A stretch of 64,000 nt of DNA from Octopus sinensis (GCF_006345805.1 NC_043013.1:9486001-9550000); one strand, 5' to 3'. Positions 36,099 through 49,849 are shown, counted from the first letter of the stretch. Translations and numbers: made by a program. The notes: generated by a model not told the origin, from the letters alone.

Positions 36099-37105
36099 AT
36101 AATAATAATAATAATAATAATTGTGTACATTGCTCAGGTGCACTACAACCATCGAAAGTGTATATATAATCAGTGTAGTTTCGGCGGATTTCGGAAAGCA
36201 TGAGGGCCTTAAAAGATGCAGTGTCATGGCAGTCAACAACTGACGCAGGCAGTTTATTCATGCTTCAGCAACTCTGAGCGTGAAAATGTTTCCGAAGTCA
36301 TGGGAGCTGTATTGTTTTCTGACTTTGTAGGCATGTCCCGTGTGTTAGACACATGGAGATCAAAATGTGTTCAGTGTTTGTTGGGGTGTGGTGGTTGATA
36401 ACTTTGTGGGTGTTTACCAGTCCGTCGCCAAACCGGAGCTTCAGTGAATCCATGCCCAGGGAAACAAGGCGCTCAGAATATGGTAGGTGTGCTGATGGAG
36501 GGTATGCGTTTGGTTGCACGTCTCTGGACAGATTCCAGAGGTCAATGTTCTGTGCAAGATAGGGGTTCCAAACTGATGATGCGAATTCCAAGTGTGGTCA
36601 TACCATAGCTGTATACAGTTTTAAATAGATGGCTGAGAGCGGCTAACAAAAGACCTGCTGAGTGATGCCAAGACACCCTCGGCTTCCTGAAATCTTAGAG
36701 ATATGCTTTGACCAACGCAAATCACTGCTGACAGTGATGCCTAGGTCACGCTCGCAAGAGGATTTCTTGATATCAGTGTTGTGGAGGGAGTATGTGAACG
36801 CAGGGTTTTTTCTCCCAAAATGCATGGTGGTACACTTGTCCACAGCCAGTTTTCAGTTGCCAGTCTGTGATCCATTGCTGCATTGTGTCTAGGTCTGATT
36901 GCAGGAAAGAGTTGTAGACATCAGGATCTGTCCTCTTGATTTCAAGGTACAGCTTGATGTCGTCTGCATATTTCAATACTGTGGCATTCTTTAAATTGGC
37001 ATCTATGTCGTTAATGTATGCCACAAACAAGAGGGGACCAAGGACAGATCCCTGTGGTACACCCGATGACATCTCATATATGATCATATGCTCTCTCATT
37101 AGCTG
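36099..37105 (-). mobile_element. 5'-truncated CR1-group LINE (RT C-terminal half to 3' end)
   Basis: SGVPQGSVLGPLLFVAYIND...KYADD...ERDLG...HLEFASSVWNPY...WNKLPASVV; short 3' UTR and (ATT)n tail; few frameshifts. Confidence 0.95.
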
Positions 37106-37172
37106 TGAAACTATATAGATGGTTTCAAGGGCCTAGAGTCTAGTTCGTCTTATATGAATGTGTCTATATATA

Positions 37173-37401
37173 AATGGCGAGCTGGCAGAATCGTTAGCAC
37201 ACCGAGCGAAATACATAGCCGTATTTCGTCTGCCGTTACGTTCTGAGTTCAAATTCCGCCGTGGTCGACTTTGCCTTTCATCCTTTCGGGGTCGATTAAA
37301 TAAGTACCAGTTACGCACTGGGGTCGATATAATCGACTTAATCCGTTTGTCTGTCCTTGTTTGTCCCCTCTGTGTTTAGCTCCTTGTGGGCAATAAAGAA
37401 A
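37173..37401 (+). mobile_element. SINE family C, full length
   Basis: Same consensus as 13446-13679. Confidence 0.92.
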
Positions 37402-37758
37402 CATATATATAAATATATACGCTTACTCAATCCATATCGATGCTGAACCGAATTCGCCACAGAAGAGGCATTTAAGCCGTTTACAAAGCATTCAAATAAC
37501 TCTTCCATTCACATTCAATAAATTTCTTCAGGTGTCAAAATGTTATCACTTTAGAAGTGCGTCAGTAAATAGATTGCAGTTGAGATTCAAAAATTTTAAT
37601 GACCCCAACAAATTAAATCGAAGTGAATACGCGTTATCAGTGGAGTTTTCCTCTTCGTGAACAACAAAAACAAAATGTTGTAATTTTTTCGCAACCCAGA
37701 AATGTACGTATGTAATTCAGAGTGTTTTATGTATGCGTTATTATATATGTATATTATA

Positions 37759-37803
<45 letters not shown>

Positions 37804-37843
37804 TATACATATATATAAAGACACAAATATATATATGACATAT

Positions 37844-37909
<66 letters not shown>

Positions 37910-38034
37910 AAATAGAAGATGAATAATCTTGTTGCAGATTAATCAAAAGCAGAAGACAGCACGGTTGGAGGTTCAATCTTCGTTCAACTCCATTTCTCTC
38001 AATTCAATAATAATATTATATATATATACTATAT

Positions 38035-38110
<76 letters not shown>

Positions 38111-38322
38111 ATTATATATATTATATATATATGTATGTATATATATATATATGTATATATATAGAGAGAAATTTTAATATTCGTTATAATTACTATATAT
38201 ATATATACGTAATAAAATAAATACGGTTCTACCTCTTCAAAGTAGTACTGAATTTCTTTCCTCAGTGCGGGATTATCTACTTTGGTCAGAAACGTATTAG
38301 GAAAAGCAATTATATCATAAAT

Positions 38323-38353
<31 letters not shown>

Positions 38354-38412
38354 GCATGTGTGTTTGTGTGTGTGTATCTGTGTATGTGTGTGTGTCAGAG
38401 TGCTTGTGTTCA

Positions 38413-38451
<39 letters not shown>

Positions 38452-38922
38452 TATAATGTTCGCGGATGAATATATATATGTAGATACTCACACATACACA
38501 CACATACATACACACATATGCGCTCACACGCGTATGTGAGATTATAAATTTTGTAAAGGGTTTGTGACAGCGGTTGGGTGAGGAACGCATGAGTTCGCCG
38601 CATACATGTATATATACATGCATATACGAATATACAATTCCTATATTCCTCTATTCCATTATTCCTTTCGTTTTCTATCGTTTAATAATCATAATGTATA
38701 GCTTTGTAAATCTGTTAAGTCGTTTTATAACAATTAAAAAACATAGTAAAATTGAGGACATATTACTTAGATATTATTAATATTGTCATTATCATCATCG
38801 TCGACATCACCATCATCATCATCATTATCATTATTTACATTATTATTATTATTAAATTCTTTGTGATCTTTGATTGGTAATAGTGATACCTCTCCAAGAG
38901 CATCCCGCTACCGACCGAGAAG

Positions 38923-38964
<42 letters not shown>

Positions 38965-39170
38965 AAAAATAAAACAAGAAGAAAATCGGTATTAAATCCC
39001 ATTTTAAATAATATATAATTAGATAAATAGCAAAATGACACAAATGCAATCCTATGTACATTTGCTCTGCTTTCAAGATCTCAATCAAGCATATATCTAT
39101 GCATACAGACATATATATATGTGTGTGTGTCTTCTTGTGTTTGTGTGTCTGTGTGTGCTTGTGTGTATGC

Positions 39171-39215
<45 letters not shown>

Positions 39216-39219
39216 ATAT

Positions 39220-39258
<39 letters not shown>

Positions 39259-39262
39259 AATA

Positions 39263-39299
<37 letters not shown>

Positions 39300-39324
39300 T
39301 TTATATATATATTATATAACATAT

Positions 39325-39355
<31 letters not shown>

Positions 39356-40194
39356 GAATATGTATAAATGTATATGTGTGTATGGTTGTGTGTAATTTTA
39401 CCCCCGAAAATTGCAATTATGAAAACATAAATAAGGAAACCAAAACCAAACAAAGAAAAAAAATTCTAAATACCACAATCGAAAAAATCGATCACCCACA
39501 ATCTTTCTTTGCTCTTAACTCGTCAGATTTAGAAATGACTAACGATAATTCGATTATATTAAAATATTAAACTCGTCGGATATTAAATGTATAATTATTA
39601 GTAATGGATTTTTATTTATATTATATTATATTACATTATATGATATATATGAGATATATATGTATATAAATATATATATATATATATACATGCATATATA
39701 TATATATAGAGAGAGAGAGACAGAGAGAGTTAGAGAGAAAAAGAGAGACATATATATACATAAATTTATATACATACGCATATCTATAGATATAGATAGA
39801 TAGATTGGAAGATAGATGAGTGTGTATATAAGCATATATGAGAACTAGCATGCAAGTATACACATATATAGGTATGTAGATATGTAGGATACAATAAACA
39901 TCTACATACACATAAATATGTGCACACACAACTGCACACACACACCACCACACACACACACACACGCACACACACACACACACACACACGCACACACACA
40001 CACACACACATAACTATATCTATTTGAGTACATATGTGTGTATTGCATATATATGTGTATACATATGTTTGTGTGTGAATAGTACACGTGTTTACATTGT
40101 GTGTACATGTGTATGTGTGTGTGTGTATCATTCTGTGTGCAAAGAACAAAGAAGCAGAGAAAAAAATACTGGACTGGATAAGTCGATGACCAAA

Positions 40195-40235
<41 letters not shown>

Positions 40236-40570
40236 CCTCATCATCATCATCATCATCATCATAATCATCATCATCATCATAATCATAATCATCATCATCA
40301 TCATCATTATCATCATCATCATCATCATCATCATTATCATCATCATCATCATAATCATCATCATCATAATCATTATCATCATCATCATCGTCATCATCGT
40401 CATCATCATCATCATAATCATAATCATCATCATCATCATCATTATCATCATCATCGTCGTCATCATCGTCGTCGTCATCATCATCATCATCGTCATCATC
40501 ATCATCATCATCATCATCATCGTCATCATCATCATCATCGTCATCATCATCATCATCATCATCGTTGTTG
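40195..40570. repeat. (ATT)n/(ATC)n/(GTC)n trinucleotide repeat
   Basis: Direct inspection; source of the poly-D/I/M ORFs. Confidence 0.95.
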
Positions 40571-41735
40571 TTATGCATACACACACATAGACACACATAT
40601 ACTTATGTACATACACATAAGCGTATGTATACGCATACACGCGTGCGCAATCGCACAAATATATATCAATATATCTACCCTTCCGGCTATTGATATCTAT
40701 CACTTGTTCAATTGTTCAGTTGTTCTACATCTTTTTTTGTTGTTTTTTTTATGTTGACATTTGACCGCTTTGAATCTTTTAGATTCAATAATTCATCGAT
40801 GATATGGTGATATTTTCACATTTGATGTCACATCTAAAAGCTTGAATAGCAGTTGTTTTCTGATTCTAAATACAGAGATAAAGACGATAAGGATTTTTAC
40901 AATTCTATTGTTAATCCGCTTAATGTCAATGCTGCTAGTTTCCTTCATTGAAATGTATGCGTGCGTGCGTGTGTATGTGTATGCGTGTATGGGAGGAGGC
41001 TTATGTGTGTGTCTGTATGTATATGCATGTATGCGTGTGCGCGTGTGTATTAACAAGAGAATTGTAAAAACAATAGAATTGTAAAAATCCTTTTATACAT
41101 ACACATACACAGACATGTATATATGTATGTATACATATATATATATTTATATATATTCTACCAATACCACTATCAACACTTACCTCTACCTTGGATTTTC
41201 TTTACCTCTTGGATACTTACCATCGGCTGCACCTCTCTTTCGCGGATCAAAGTGACTTTGCATTGATGTGAAATCCTTAAAAAATATACCACGACGTCTA
41301 CACATTTCTCACCTTGAACTTTCAACCTTGAACTTGTTCGCATAAACTGTCCCGTTTGTTGTATTTTTATTTTCTCTTATATTACCACTTTTTTTACATT
41401 CATTTCATGCTTTCCACATTTTCCTGAATTTTTGTTCTCCTTTCCGTCTTTCTTCCCTCTCTGGATGTCCATACTCCGTTTCCTCTGCCTGCACCCCCCT
41501 TTTTTTTGCCTCCCCCTCTCTCTGCTTCCCTTCTTTCTTTCCCTTTTCCGTTTGCCCCGTCCTTTCTGCCCCTATCGCTTACTTATCTAGTTTTTTCATA
41601 CGATTATTATTTTTTTTTATTTTTTTTGTTTTTTTGTTTTTTTGAACGTTTGTTTTTTCCCCTTTTTTTCTATTTTTTTCATACGATAATTTTTGTTTTT
41701 TGTTTTTTCGAACGTTTTTTTTCCGCTATCCCATC

Positions 41736-44625
41736 ATGCCGGATCCTAGGTCCTACCTCCTCACCCTCAATCACCGTTTGAAGGATCATCTACGTTCGCT
41801 TCCTGTATATCGCCTTCAGCCGTCCGTTAATCTCTCTCTACTTCTTTTTAAAAAAACCCGCTTCTCTAGCCATGTCTCTTTCCTAAGCCGCTGCCTACAT
41901 CACCGACTCATCCCTAAAGGTTTCCGCCTCCACTTCCACCCTGCTCTCCACTCGGATTCTTCCATCTTACCCATACTCCGCACCACATCTTACCGCCTTA
42001 TGCGGGCCACCATTCGCTCCAATCTCTCCAAACTACAAGCCATCAACCGCCTTCTTCCTCCTGCTTTCTCCACCTTCTTCTCCTCTCTGCCGCCTCTCTA
42101 TGCTCCAAACACGCTACGCTTCATTATCCATTGAATCAACTCTTCCATCATTTCTTTCTGATACCAAACTTCGTAAACTCCAATCACTCTTCCATTCCAC
42201 CCTACCCGACGCCCTAACCCAACTCCTCCACCACCCTTCTCCCCCCCGATAGGCTCCATCCCCCACACCTAACCCCACTGCCCCCCCCTACAACCCCTTC
42301 TCCCTCCCGTTAGGCTCCATCCACCTACACCTACCCTACTTCCCCGCCCAAACACCCCCCACACACACCTCCCCATCCCTCCCCCTCAGACCTCCACGAG
42401 ACCTACCACCCTCCTACTTCTATTCCACCCCACCCCTTCTCCACTTCCGTCTGTTGTTACCATTCCCCCCGATCTCCCCTCTCTGCGGCTGAACGCTCCG
42501 TCCTTGGTAGGGGTCTGCGTTTCATCCCCCTCACTCCATCCTGTAAGGAATTCCAGACGCGAGTTGATGTCCACAGCTTTGTGCGCCGTGTCCGGTTGGG
42601 TGCGCATTACCACGACTCGCCACCCACACCCACGAAGAGGACGACTGCTTCACTGGGGGCCGGGCCGCCGACCATCCCCGTGGACGCCTGCCCTGGCCAG
42701 ATCCTAGCAGTGGATCTTTTTGCGGGCGCTTGTCAGCGTGCATTGGAGCGGTTCAACTTCTCCAGGCGCCAAACGCCGCCTCAACATCTCCCCGGCTGAG
42801 CTCTTGGCTCTTCGTTCCCTCCAACGGCGCGCTGACATTATCATCAAACCGGCTGACAAGGGTGGAGCTGTAGTGGTGTGGCGCGCGGACCTCTATAGGG
42901 CCGAGGCTTTCCGCCAACTCAATGACACCTCCTTCTATTCCCCTCTGCCCTCTAACCCCACACGTAGCTACCAACAGACGGTATCCTCTACTGTCCAAGA
43001 CCTCATCTCGTCCTCCCGTCTCCCCCGCACCGCATCCAACCTAATTGTGCGAACCCCAGTACCCCCACCATTTACTTCCTCCCCAAAATCCACAAACCCA
43101 ACAACCTGGCCCGCCCCATCGTCTCCGCCTGTAACTGCCCCACGGAGCTCATCTCTAAATACCTCGACCGTGTCCTTGCCCCCCTAGTGGCATCTCTTCC
43201 CTCCCACATCCACGATACCAACCATGCTCTCCGGCTTTTCAACTCTTTCTCCTTTCCTCCCGGCTCCTCCAAAATCCTTTTTACTATGGACATCCAAAGC
43301 CTCTATACTGTTATCCCTCACCACGAAGGACTGCAGGCCCTCGACACTTCTTGACCTCCGCTCTAACCCTGTACCTGACACCTCCACACTCATTCGTCTG
43401 CCGAACTTGTCCTTACTCTGAACTGCTTCTCGTTCGCGGGCGAGTTCTACCATCAGGTCTCGGGAGTGGCCATGGGAACGCGAATGGGCCCCAACTATGC
43501 GAACTGTTCGTTGGCTATGTTGAGGCCCAAATATTCTCTAACTTTCACTGGTCCCACTCCTGAACTATATGGTCGTTATATTGACGACATTATCGGTGCC
43601 ACCTCACTCTCCGCGAACATCTAGATTCCTTCCTCTCTTTCGTCCAATCTTTCCATCCAGCCCTCCACTTCACTTCCACTATCTCCAACACCTCTGTCTC
43701 CTTCCTCGACATTTCGGTTAGCATTCTTCACTCCACTCTTACCACCTCCATTCACTACAAACACACAGACTCACACTCATACCTCAACTTCTCTTCCTCC
43801 CACCCAGAACACACCAAGCTTTCCATCCCTATTCCCAATTCCTCCGTCTACGTAGGCTCTGTAGTGACGACCATGACTTTGAGACTCAGTCTCAACGTAT
43901 GGCTCACCACTTCACCCTACGTGGATACCCCCTCACCACTATCCACACCGCCCTTGCCAGAGCACGGTCCGTGGACCGTGTATCTGCTCTCTCTCCCCGA
44001 ACCCGCCCTGTAGTCTCCCGCCTCCCTTTTCCCCTCACTTTACCACCCACCACGACCCTACGTCTCAACGCACCATTCTTCGAGCTTTCCGTCATCTCCA
44101 GTCCGACCCGTCCCACTTCACACCTCTTCCCTAACCGACCCTCCCCCCTCTTTCAAACGAGCCCACAACCTTCGAGACCTTTTGGTCCATAGCTCCTTCC
44201 CTGACCCTACCTCCCAACCGGCTCGTTCCCCTGCTCCCGCCCACGTTGCCGCACTTGCCCTTACCTCTCCAACACCACCCGCCTCACTAGCACCCACCAT
44301 CGACCCTATCCCATCATCCACTCCTTCACCTGCACCTCCAGCAATATTATCTATTGCATCTCTTGCTCTCTCTGCAATTCCTTGTACATACGGACAAACG
44401 GGACGCCGCTTGGCTGACCGGTTCGCGGAACACCCTTCGTGACATCCACCTTGCGAACGACACAACCGGTCTCACGCCATTTCCGCTCCACCGGTCACTC
44501 CTTGCAACAACCTATCTGTGTTCGGTTTGTCCTTACACAGAGGCCATCCGGATTCCCGTTTGCGCCGTGAACAGGAATTAATCTTCTCTCTTCGCTCTTA
44601 TACGCCATTTGGTCTCAACTCTCCC
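41736..44625 (+). pseudogene. PLE polyprotein (RT + GIY-YIG endonuclease), frameshifted in this assembly
   Basis: FLSRCLHHRLIPKGF, IIKPADKGGAVVVW, LPKIHKP..RPIVS, FTMDIQSLYT, GVAMGTRMGP, GRYIDD, GSFPCSRPRCRTC Zn linker, CTSSNIIYCISCSLC, GQTGRRLADRF.EH. Confidence 0.92.
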
Positions 44626-45462
44626 CCCCCTCCTCATCTAACCCCCCTCTCCCCCTCCTCACCTATCCTTTCTCCCCCCCCCCCCCACTTCTTCAGTCCT
44701 TCATCCTTTCACCCCTACTCCCCTTCCCTTCTTCCTCTTTCTCCCTCCCCTCTTCCTCTTCCCTCTGCTCCCTCACTCCCTCTCTCCCCTTCTCTCTCCC
44801 CCTCTCCCTCTTTCCTCCTCTTCATCCCTCTCCTCCCCTCCTTCTCTCTCCCTCCCTCTCCTCTCCTCTTCACCCTCCCCTCCCCCTCTTCTCCCCTCCC
44901 TTCTCCCTCCCCCTCTTCTCCTCACTACCCACATGACTTTACACATCACATCACATGATGTGCCATACTAATACCCACACCAACTAATACATACTAATAC
45001 GTACTAATACATACTAGTACATACTAATACTTACACCAACCCTATACATACACACGTCCAGACCCCGCATACGCACTTATACTCTCTCACACACAACACA
45101 CACACCTATACATACCAATACGTACTAATCATACTAATACATACTAATACATACACCAACCAACCCCATACATACGCACGTCCAGACCAATCCACGCACT
45201 AATACTCTCTCATCAACACACACACACACCACCACACCCTTATACATACTAATACATACACCAACCCTATACATACCACAGACCCAGACCCTCCCACGCA
45301 CTTTTAGCTGGTCCCTCAACCCTATTATCTCCCCTTATTTCGCTCTCGCGTCTCATGTTTGATCTTTGACCTCTGGCCGAAATCAGATCGCCATGTTGAT
45401 TCGTTAGCTACTGCACGCATTTTTTTCTCTCTCTTCTTTCTGTGTTTTTCTCTCTCTGTGTA

Positions 45463-45500
45463 TCTTTCTGTTGAAGAGCGTAGGCTCGAAACGTTAAAGA
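45463..45500 (+). ncRNA. hammerhead-like motif in PLE 3' terminal repeat
   Basis: UCUUU-CUGUUGA-A-GAGC-GUAG-GCUC-GAAA-CG-UU-AAAGA. Confidence 0.65.
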
Positions 45501-45608
45501 CTTGTTTTATTTATATTTCCTGAGCGCCATACTAATACAATTGTTCGTTTGTTTTCCACCTGCCTTCGTCTTTGTTTATTTTCATAAAGCTTCCCGTTAT
45601 ATATATTA

Positions 45609-45641
<33 letters not shown>

Positions 45642-45844
45642 ATAATATATATATGTAATACATCATATATACATACATACATATATAATATAATATGTAT
45701 ATATATATATTATATATATATATATATACATATATATATAGTATCTGTATGTATGTATATATGTAGTATACTATATATATATATTTATATATATAGGATA
45801 TAATATATAATATATCAATATATAATATAATGTTACATACATAT

Positions 45845-45932
<88 letters not shown>

Positions 45933-45984
45933 ATATATAAACATATTATATATATGCCCGTATGTAAAAATTTATATATATACA

Positions 45985-47050
45985 TTCATGGCAATTTCTG
46001 TCTGTTTGTGGCTCTGTGTGTGTACTCGTGAATTTCTTCCTTTAAATCCTCCGAGTCTTTCCAACCGATCTTGATGAAACGCGACACGTGTGTGTGTGGT
46101 CACTTAAGAAATTGAAATTTACAAAAAATCGATAATTTTTAATCAGCATCGATTTTTCAAAAATCAATAGGACATTTCAATGCAAATTTCCATATGAATG
46201 TTATTGGCTGTGTGGTAAGTAGCTTGCTTACCAACCACATGGTTGCAGGTTCAGTCCCACTGCGTGGCATCTTGGGCAAGTGTCTTCTGCTATAGCCCCG
46301 GGCCGACCAATGCCTTGTGAGTGGATTTGGTAGACGGAAACTGAAAGAAGCCTGTCGTATATATGTATATATATATGTGTGTGTGTGTGATTGTGTGTCT
46401 GTGTTTGTCCCCTAGCATTGCTTGACAACCGATGCTGGTGTGTTTACGTCCCCGTCACTTAGCGGTTCGGCAAAAGAGACCGATAGAATAAGTACTGGGC
46501 TTACAAAGAATAAGTCCCGATTTGCTCGACTAAAGGCGGTGCTCCAGCATGGCCGCAGTCAAATGACTGAAACAAGTAAAAGAGTAAAAGAGTAAAGAGT
46601 AAAGTTTTCAACCGATTTTCTTGAAATTTTATTCACATATGGAATATGCATAAAGGATGGGTTGAGAGAAATAAATTATTACTTATGCCATTGAAGCAAA
46701 GTGTAAGTTGATTTTTAATTAACTGATTAACGAAATTCAGCCAAAATTGTTGCAGACTTAAAATGTTCATGAATTATTTGAGCGTTTTCACGTTGCAGAA
46801 ATATGTATTTTCTCAACATCTGCATTTAAAATTACCGATTCTAAACTTTGCAGCGTTGTGTGTTAAAACAAGTAACATGTACTTTCGTAACACCTGCATT
46901 TAAAATTGTCGGTTCTAACCGTTGCAATCGATATTTGATTCTCACGATCAGTGGAACTATACCCATGAAGCACAGTCAAATTAAGTGCATGTGCTCTTCA
47001 CATTTTCTCTCGGGTTGCAAGAGAATTTGCCCAAAATTGACGAAAATCGT
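45985..47050. mobile_element. unclassified non-autonomous element (Helitron-like), split by a SINE
   Basis: TCTGTCTGTTTGTG...CAACCGATCTTGATGAAAC and CAACCGATTTTCTTGAAAT motifs typical of such elements; termini not resolved. Confidence 0.35.
46205..46604 (+). mobile_element. SINE family D, near full length
   Basis: Head, CORE-like block, internal microsatellite, 3' half, GAGTAAAA tail. Confidence 0.92.
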
Positions 47051-47227
47051 AATTTTTTAATGCTTTTTTTTTACTCCTCATAGTATCTCCTCTGCACCCC
47101 AGCTGTTTTTGTAACTATAAAATCTATTTTCTCTAAGTAAATTTTCTGTTTACTTTTCAAGTATTTCTGTTCTTTTCCTTTCATAGCACTCCTTTACAAT
47201 TCCTTTCTTGATGTCTCTATTGATTAA

Positions 47228-47612
47228 TGGAGGCGCAATGGCCCAGTGGTTAGGGCAGCTGACTCGCGGTCGTAAGATCGCGGTTTCGATTCCCAGACCG
47301 GGCGTTGTGAGTGTTTATTGAGCGAAAACACCTAAAGCTCCACGAGGCTCCGGCAGGGGATGGTGGTGATCCCTGCTGTACTCTTTCACCACAACTTTCT
47401 CTCACTCTTACTTCCTGTTTCTGTTGTACCTGTATTTCAAAGGGCCGGCCTTGTCACTCTCTGTGTCACGCTGAATATCCCCGAGAACTACGTTAAGGGT
47501 ACACGTGTCTGTAGAGTGCTCAGCCACTTACGCGTTAATTTCACGAGCAGGCTGTTCCGTTGATTCGGATCAACCGGAACCCTCATCGTCGTAACCGACG
47601 GAGTGCTTCCAC
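47228..47612 (+). mobile_element. tRNA-derived SINE (head type 2, tail type Y) with 9-bp TSD
   Basis: TSD ATTGATTAA at 47219-47227 and 47613-47621. Confidence 0.92.
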
Positions 47613-47867
47613 ATTGATTAATATATTTCCAGCTTCCCACTCATCTGACCAAACGATTGTCTTCTTCCGATTCCACGCGTATTTATTTGCATCATTGTTT
47701 CATGAATGACTTTGCTTACGCCTTCTATTATCTGTCCTATGTCCTGATTTCATTTTCCGTCTGGGAGAAATAAGGCTTGTAATGGGTATTGGGAACATCC
47801 CGCTCTCGGGTATTACCGGGTACGTCAGTTAGTATATTGTGTGTATGCATATATATATATATATATA

Positions 47868-48070
47868 GTTAATCCAAACATGAAAACAAAAAGAGAAAAC
47901 AGAACGCGAGGACGTGGAACAAGTATAGTATTATTGGACGCTCAGGAAAGAAGGAAAGAAGGAGAGTTTAACGTTTCAAGCGGAGCTCTTCGTCAGAAAC
48001 ATAGGAAAAGGAGAGATCCAAAGAAGGGAAGACGAAGGAAAAAATCGCCAACGGTACACACGCGGTCACA
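47868..48070 (-). mobile_element. PLE terminal fragment (related subfamily) between (TA)n tracts
   Basis: TATAGTATTATTGGACGCTCAGGAA resembles TGTATTAGTATGGCGCTCAGGAA of the 45.5-kb family; carries a hammerhead motif. Confidence 0.7.
47966..48000 (-). ncRNA. hammerhead motif with canonical-type core
   Basis: GUUU-CUGACGA-A-GAGC-UCC-GCUU-GAAA-CG-UU-AAAC. Confidence 0.7.
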
Positions 48071-48102
48071 TTATATAATATATAATATGTATATATGTAT
48101 AT

Positions 48103-48150
<48 letters not shown>

Positions 48151-48210
48151 CATACATATATATGCGTGTGTGTGTATGTGTGTGTGTGTGTATGTGTGTG
48201 TATAAATATG

Positions 48211-48924
48211 TTGGGTTGTCCGAAGTTCGTGTCGTTTTATGGTAGCATACCATTCGACTTATTTTTTAACATGGTTGAGTCCATAAAATATGATTTGACT
48301 ACACCTCCATTTTGAGCACAGTTTAAGCTATCTTTTCGAGGAAGAAGGTTTATGTTCCTATAACCTGTGTTAATTTTGTATATATATATATATAACGGGA
48401 AGGTTTATGAAAATAAACAAAAGACGAAGGCAGGTGGAATACAAACAAATGATGTATTAGTATGGCGCTCAGGAATAGAAATAAAACAAGTCTTTTACGT
48501 TTCGAGCCTACGCTCTTCGACAGAAAGATACACAGAAAAGATAAGAAAGTTCATTTTCGGCACTTGATGCTTTGGGAACCAGACAAAAATTGCTGCAGCT
48601 CGGCTGGGATGTGTTACCCCAACCTACATATTCACCAGATATCGCTCCTTCGGATTTCCTCTTATTCAGGTCTCTGCAGAATAGTCTTAATTGTAAAAAT
48701 TTCAATTCCTTAGATGACGTAAAAAGATACCTTGATGAATTCTTTGCCATGAAAACACCTCAATTCTGGGAAGAGGGTATTTTCAAGTTAAAGGAAAGAT
48801 GGAGATGCATTGTGCAACAAAAAATGGTTCATATTTGGTTGATTAAAAATGAAAATGTAATGGCAAGTATTTATTGACCTTTTCTTTCCTTTAAAAATCG
48901 GCACGAACTTTCCGGACAGCCCAA
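48211..48924 (+). mobile_element. internally deleted mariner transposon
   Basis: TIRs TTGGG(T/C)TGTCCG..AAGTTCGTG(T/C)CG.TTTT; DKKVHFRHLMLW fused to TRQKLLQLGWDVLPQPTYSPDIAPSDFLLFRSLQN...KLKERW. Confidence 0.92.
48395..48539 (-). mobile_element. PLE 3'-end fragment nested in the mariner; hammerhead-like motif at 48491-48528
   Basis: Reverse complement of 45455-45600. Confidence 0.9.
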
Positions 48925-48968
48925 TAATATATATATATATATATAGATTATATTATATATATATATAT

Positions 48969-49187
48969 AACGGGAAGCTTTACGAAAATAAACAAAAGAC
49001 GAAGGCAGGTGGAGTACAAACAAATGATGTATTAGTATGGCGCTCAGGAATAGAAATAAAACAAGTCTTTTACGTTTCGAGCCTACGCTCTTCGACAGAA
49101 AGATACACAGAAAAGAAACAAGGAGAGAAACAAGGAGAGAAAAATATTGCGTGTATGGGCTAACGATTCAACATGGCTTTCTCAATA
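48969..49187 (-). mobile_element. PLE 3'-end fragment; hammerhead-like motif at 49066-49103
   Basis: Reverse complement of ~45385-45600. Confidence 0.9.
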
Positions 49188-49212
49188 TATATATATATAT
49201 ATATATATACAG

Positions 49213-49251
<39 letters not shown>

Positions 49252-49677
49252 AATGAAACAAGAGGAAAAGTCGGTGAGTTGTGGGTGTTCAAATGGGTGG
49301 GTTTCAGTATTGGGCAGCCAACAATGATAAAAGAAAAGAGAAAACAAAAAATACCCTGGGTTTTGTCTTTGATGAGTTTTTACTGCCGCTGTCTAAATAA
49401 ATAGGCGTCGGTCATTGTTGGGGACGGTTCTGTTCAAGGAGTCTCATAAGTGAAGTCTGTTGTTCAGCCGAGTCTGGTACCCTGTACTATTACTACTACT
49501 ACTACTACTACTACTACCACTACCACAACCACCACCACCACCACCACCATTATTATTACTATTATTAGTATTATTATTATTTTTATTTTTATTATTATTA
49601 TTATAATGTCCTAGCGTCACTTTGATGTGCGCTGCTCTCTCAATAATAATAATAATATAATAATGATGATGATGATA

Positions 49678-49717
<40 letters not shown>

Positions 49718-49849
49718 CGTTATTAACCACTAGAAAAGCATTATGGATAGTACGGAACAAAACAAAGAATGTGTGTGTGTGTGCGTGTGTGTGTGTGGCG
49801 TGTGTGTGTGTGTGTGTGTGTTTTATGAGGGTTTTGCGTGTAAACAGGA

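Larger units (their letters stand above)
41157..45600 (+). mobile_element. near-complete Penelope-like element (Neptune-type) with 3' terminal repeat
   Basis: ORF remnants plus 3' region 44960-45600 that recurs inverted at 59724-60250; 5' boundary approximate. Confidence 0.93.

Noticed and set aside
38222-38290. Minus-strand peptide DNPALRKEIQYYFEE as a possible exon
   Set aside because: Donor GTAGAA is weak, the segment is short, and the La-motif likeness is superficial
39784-40596. 270-aa poly-Asp ORF as an acidic biomineralisation-type protein
   Set aside because: It is an (ATC)n/(GTC)n repeat open in several frames, with no signal peptide or unique coding flanks
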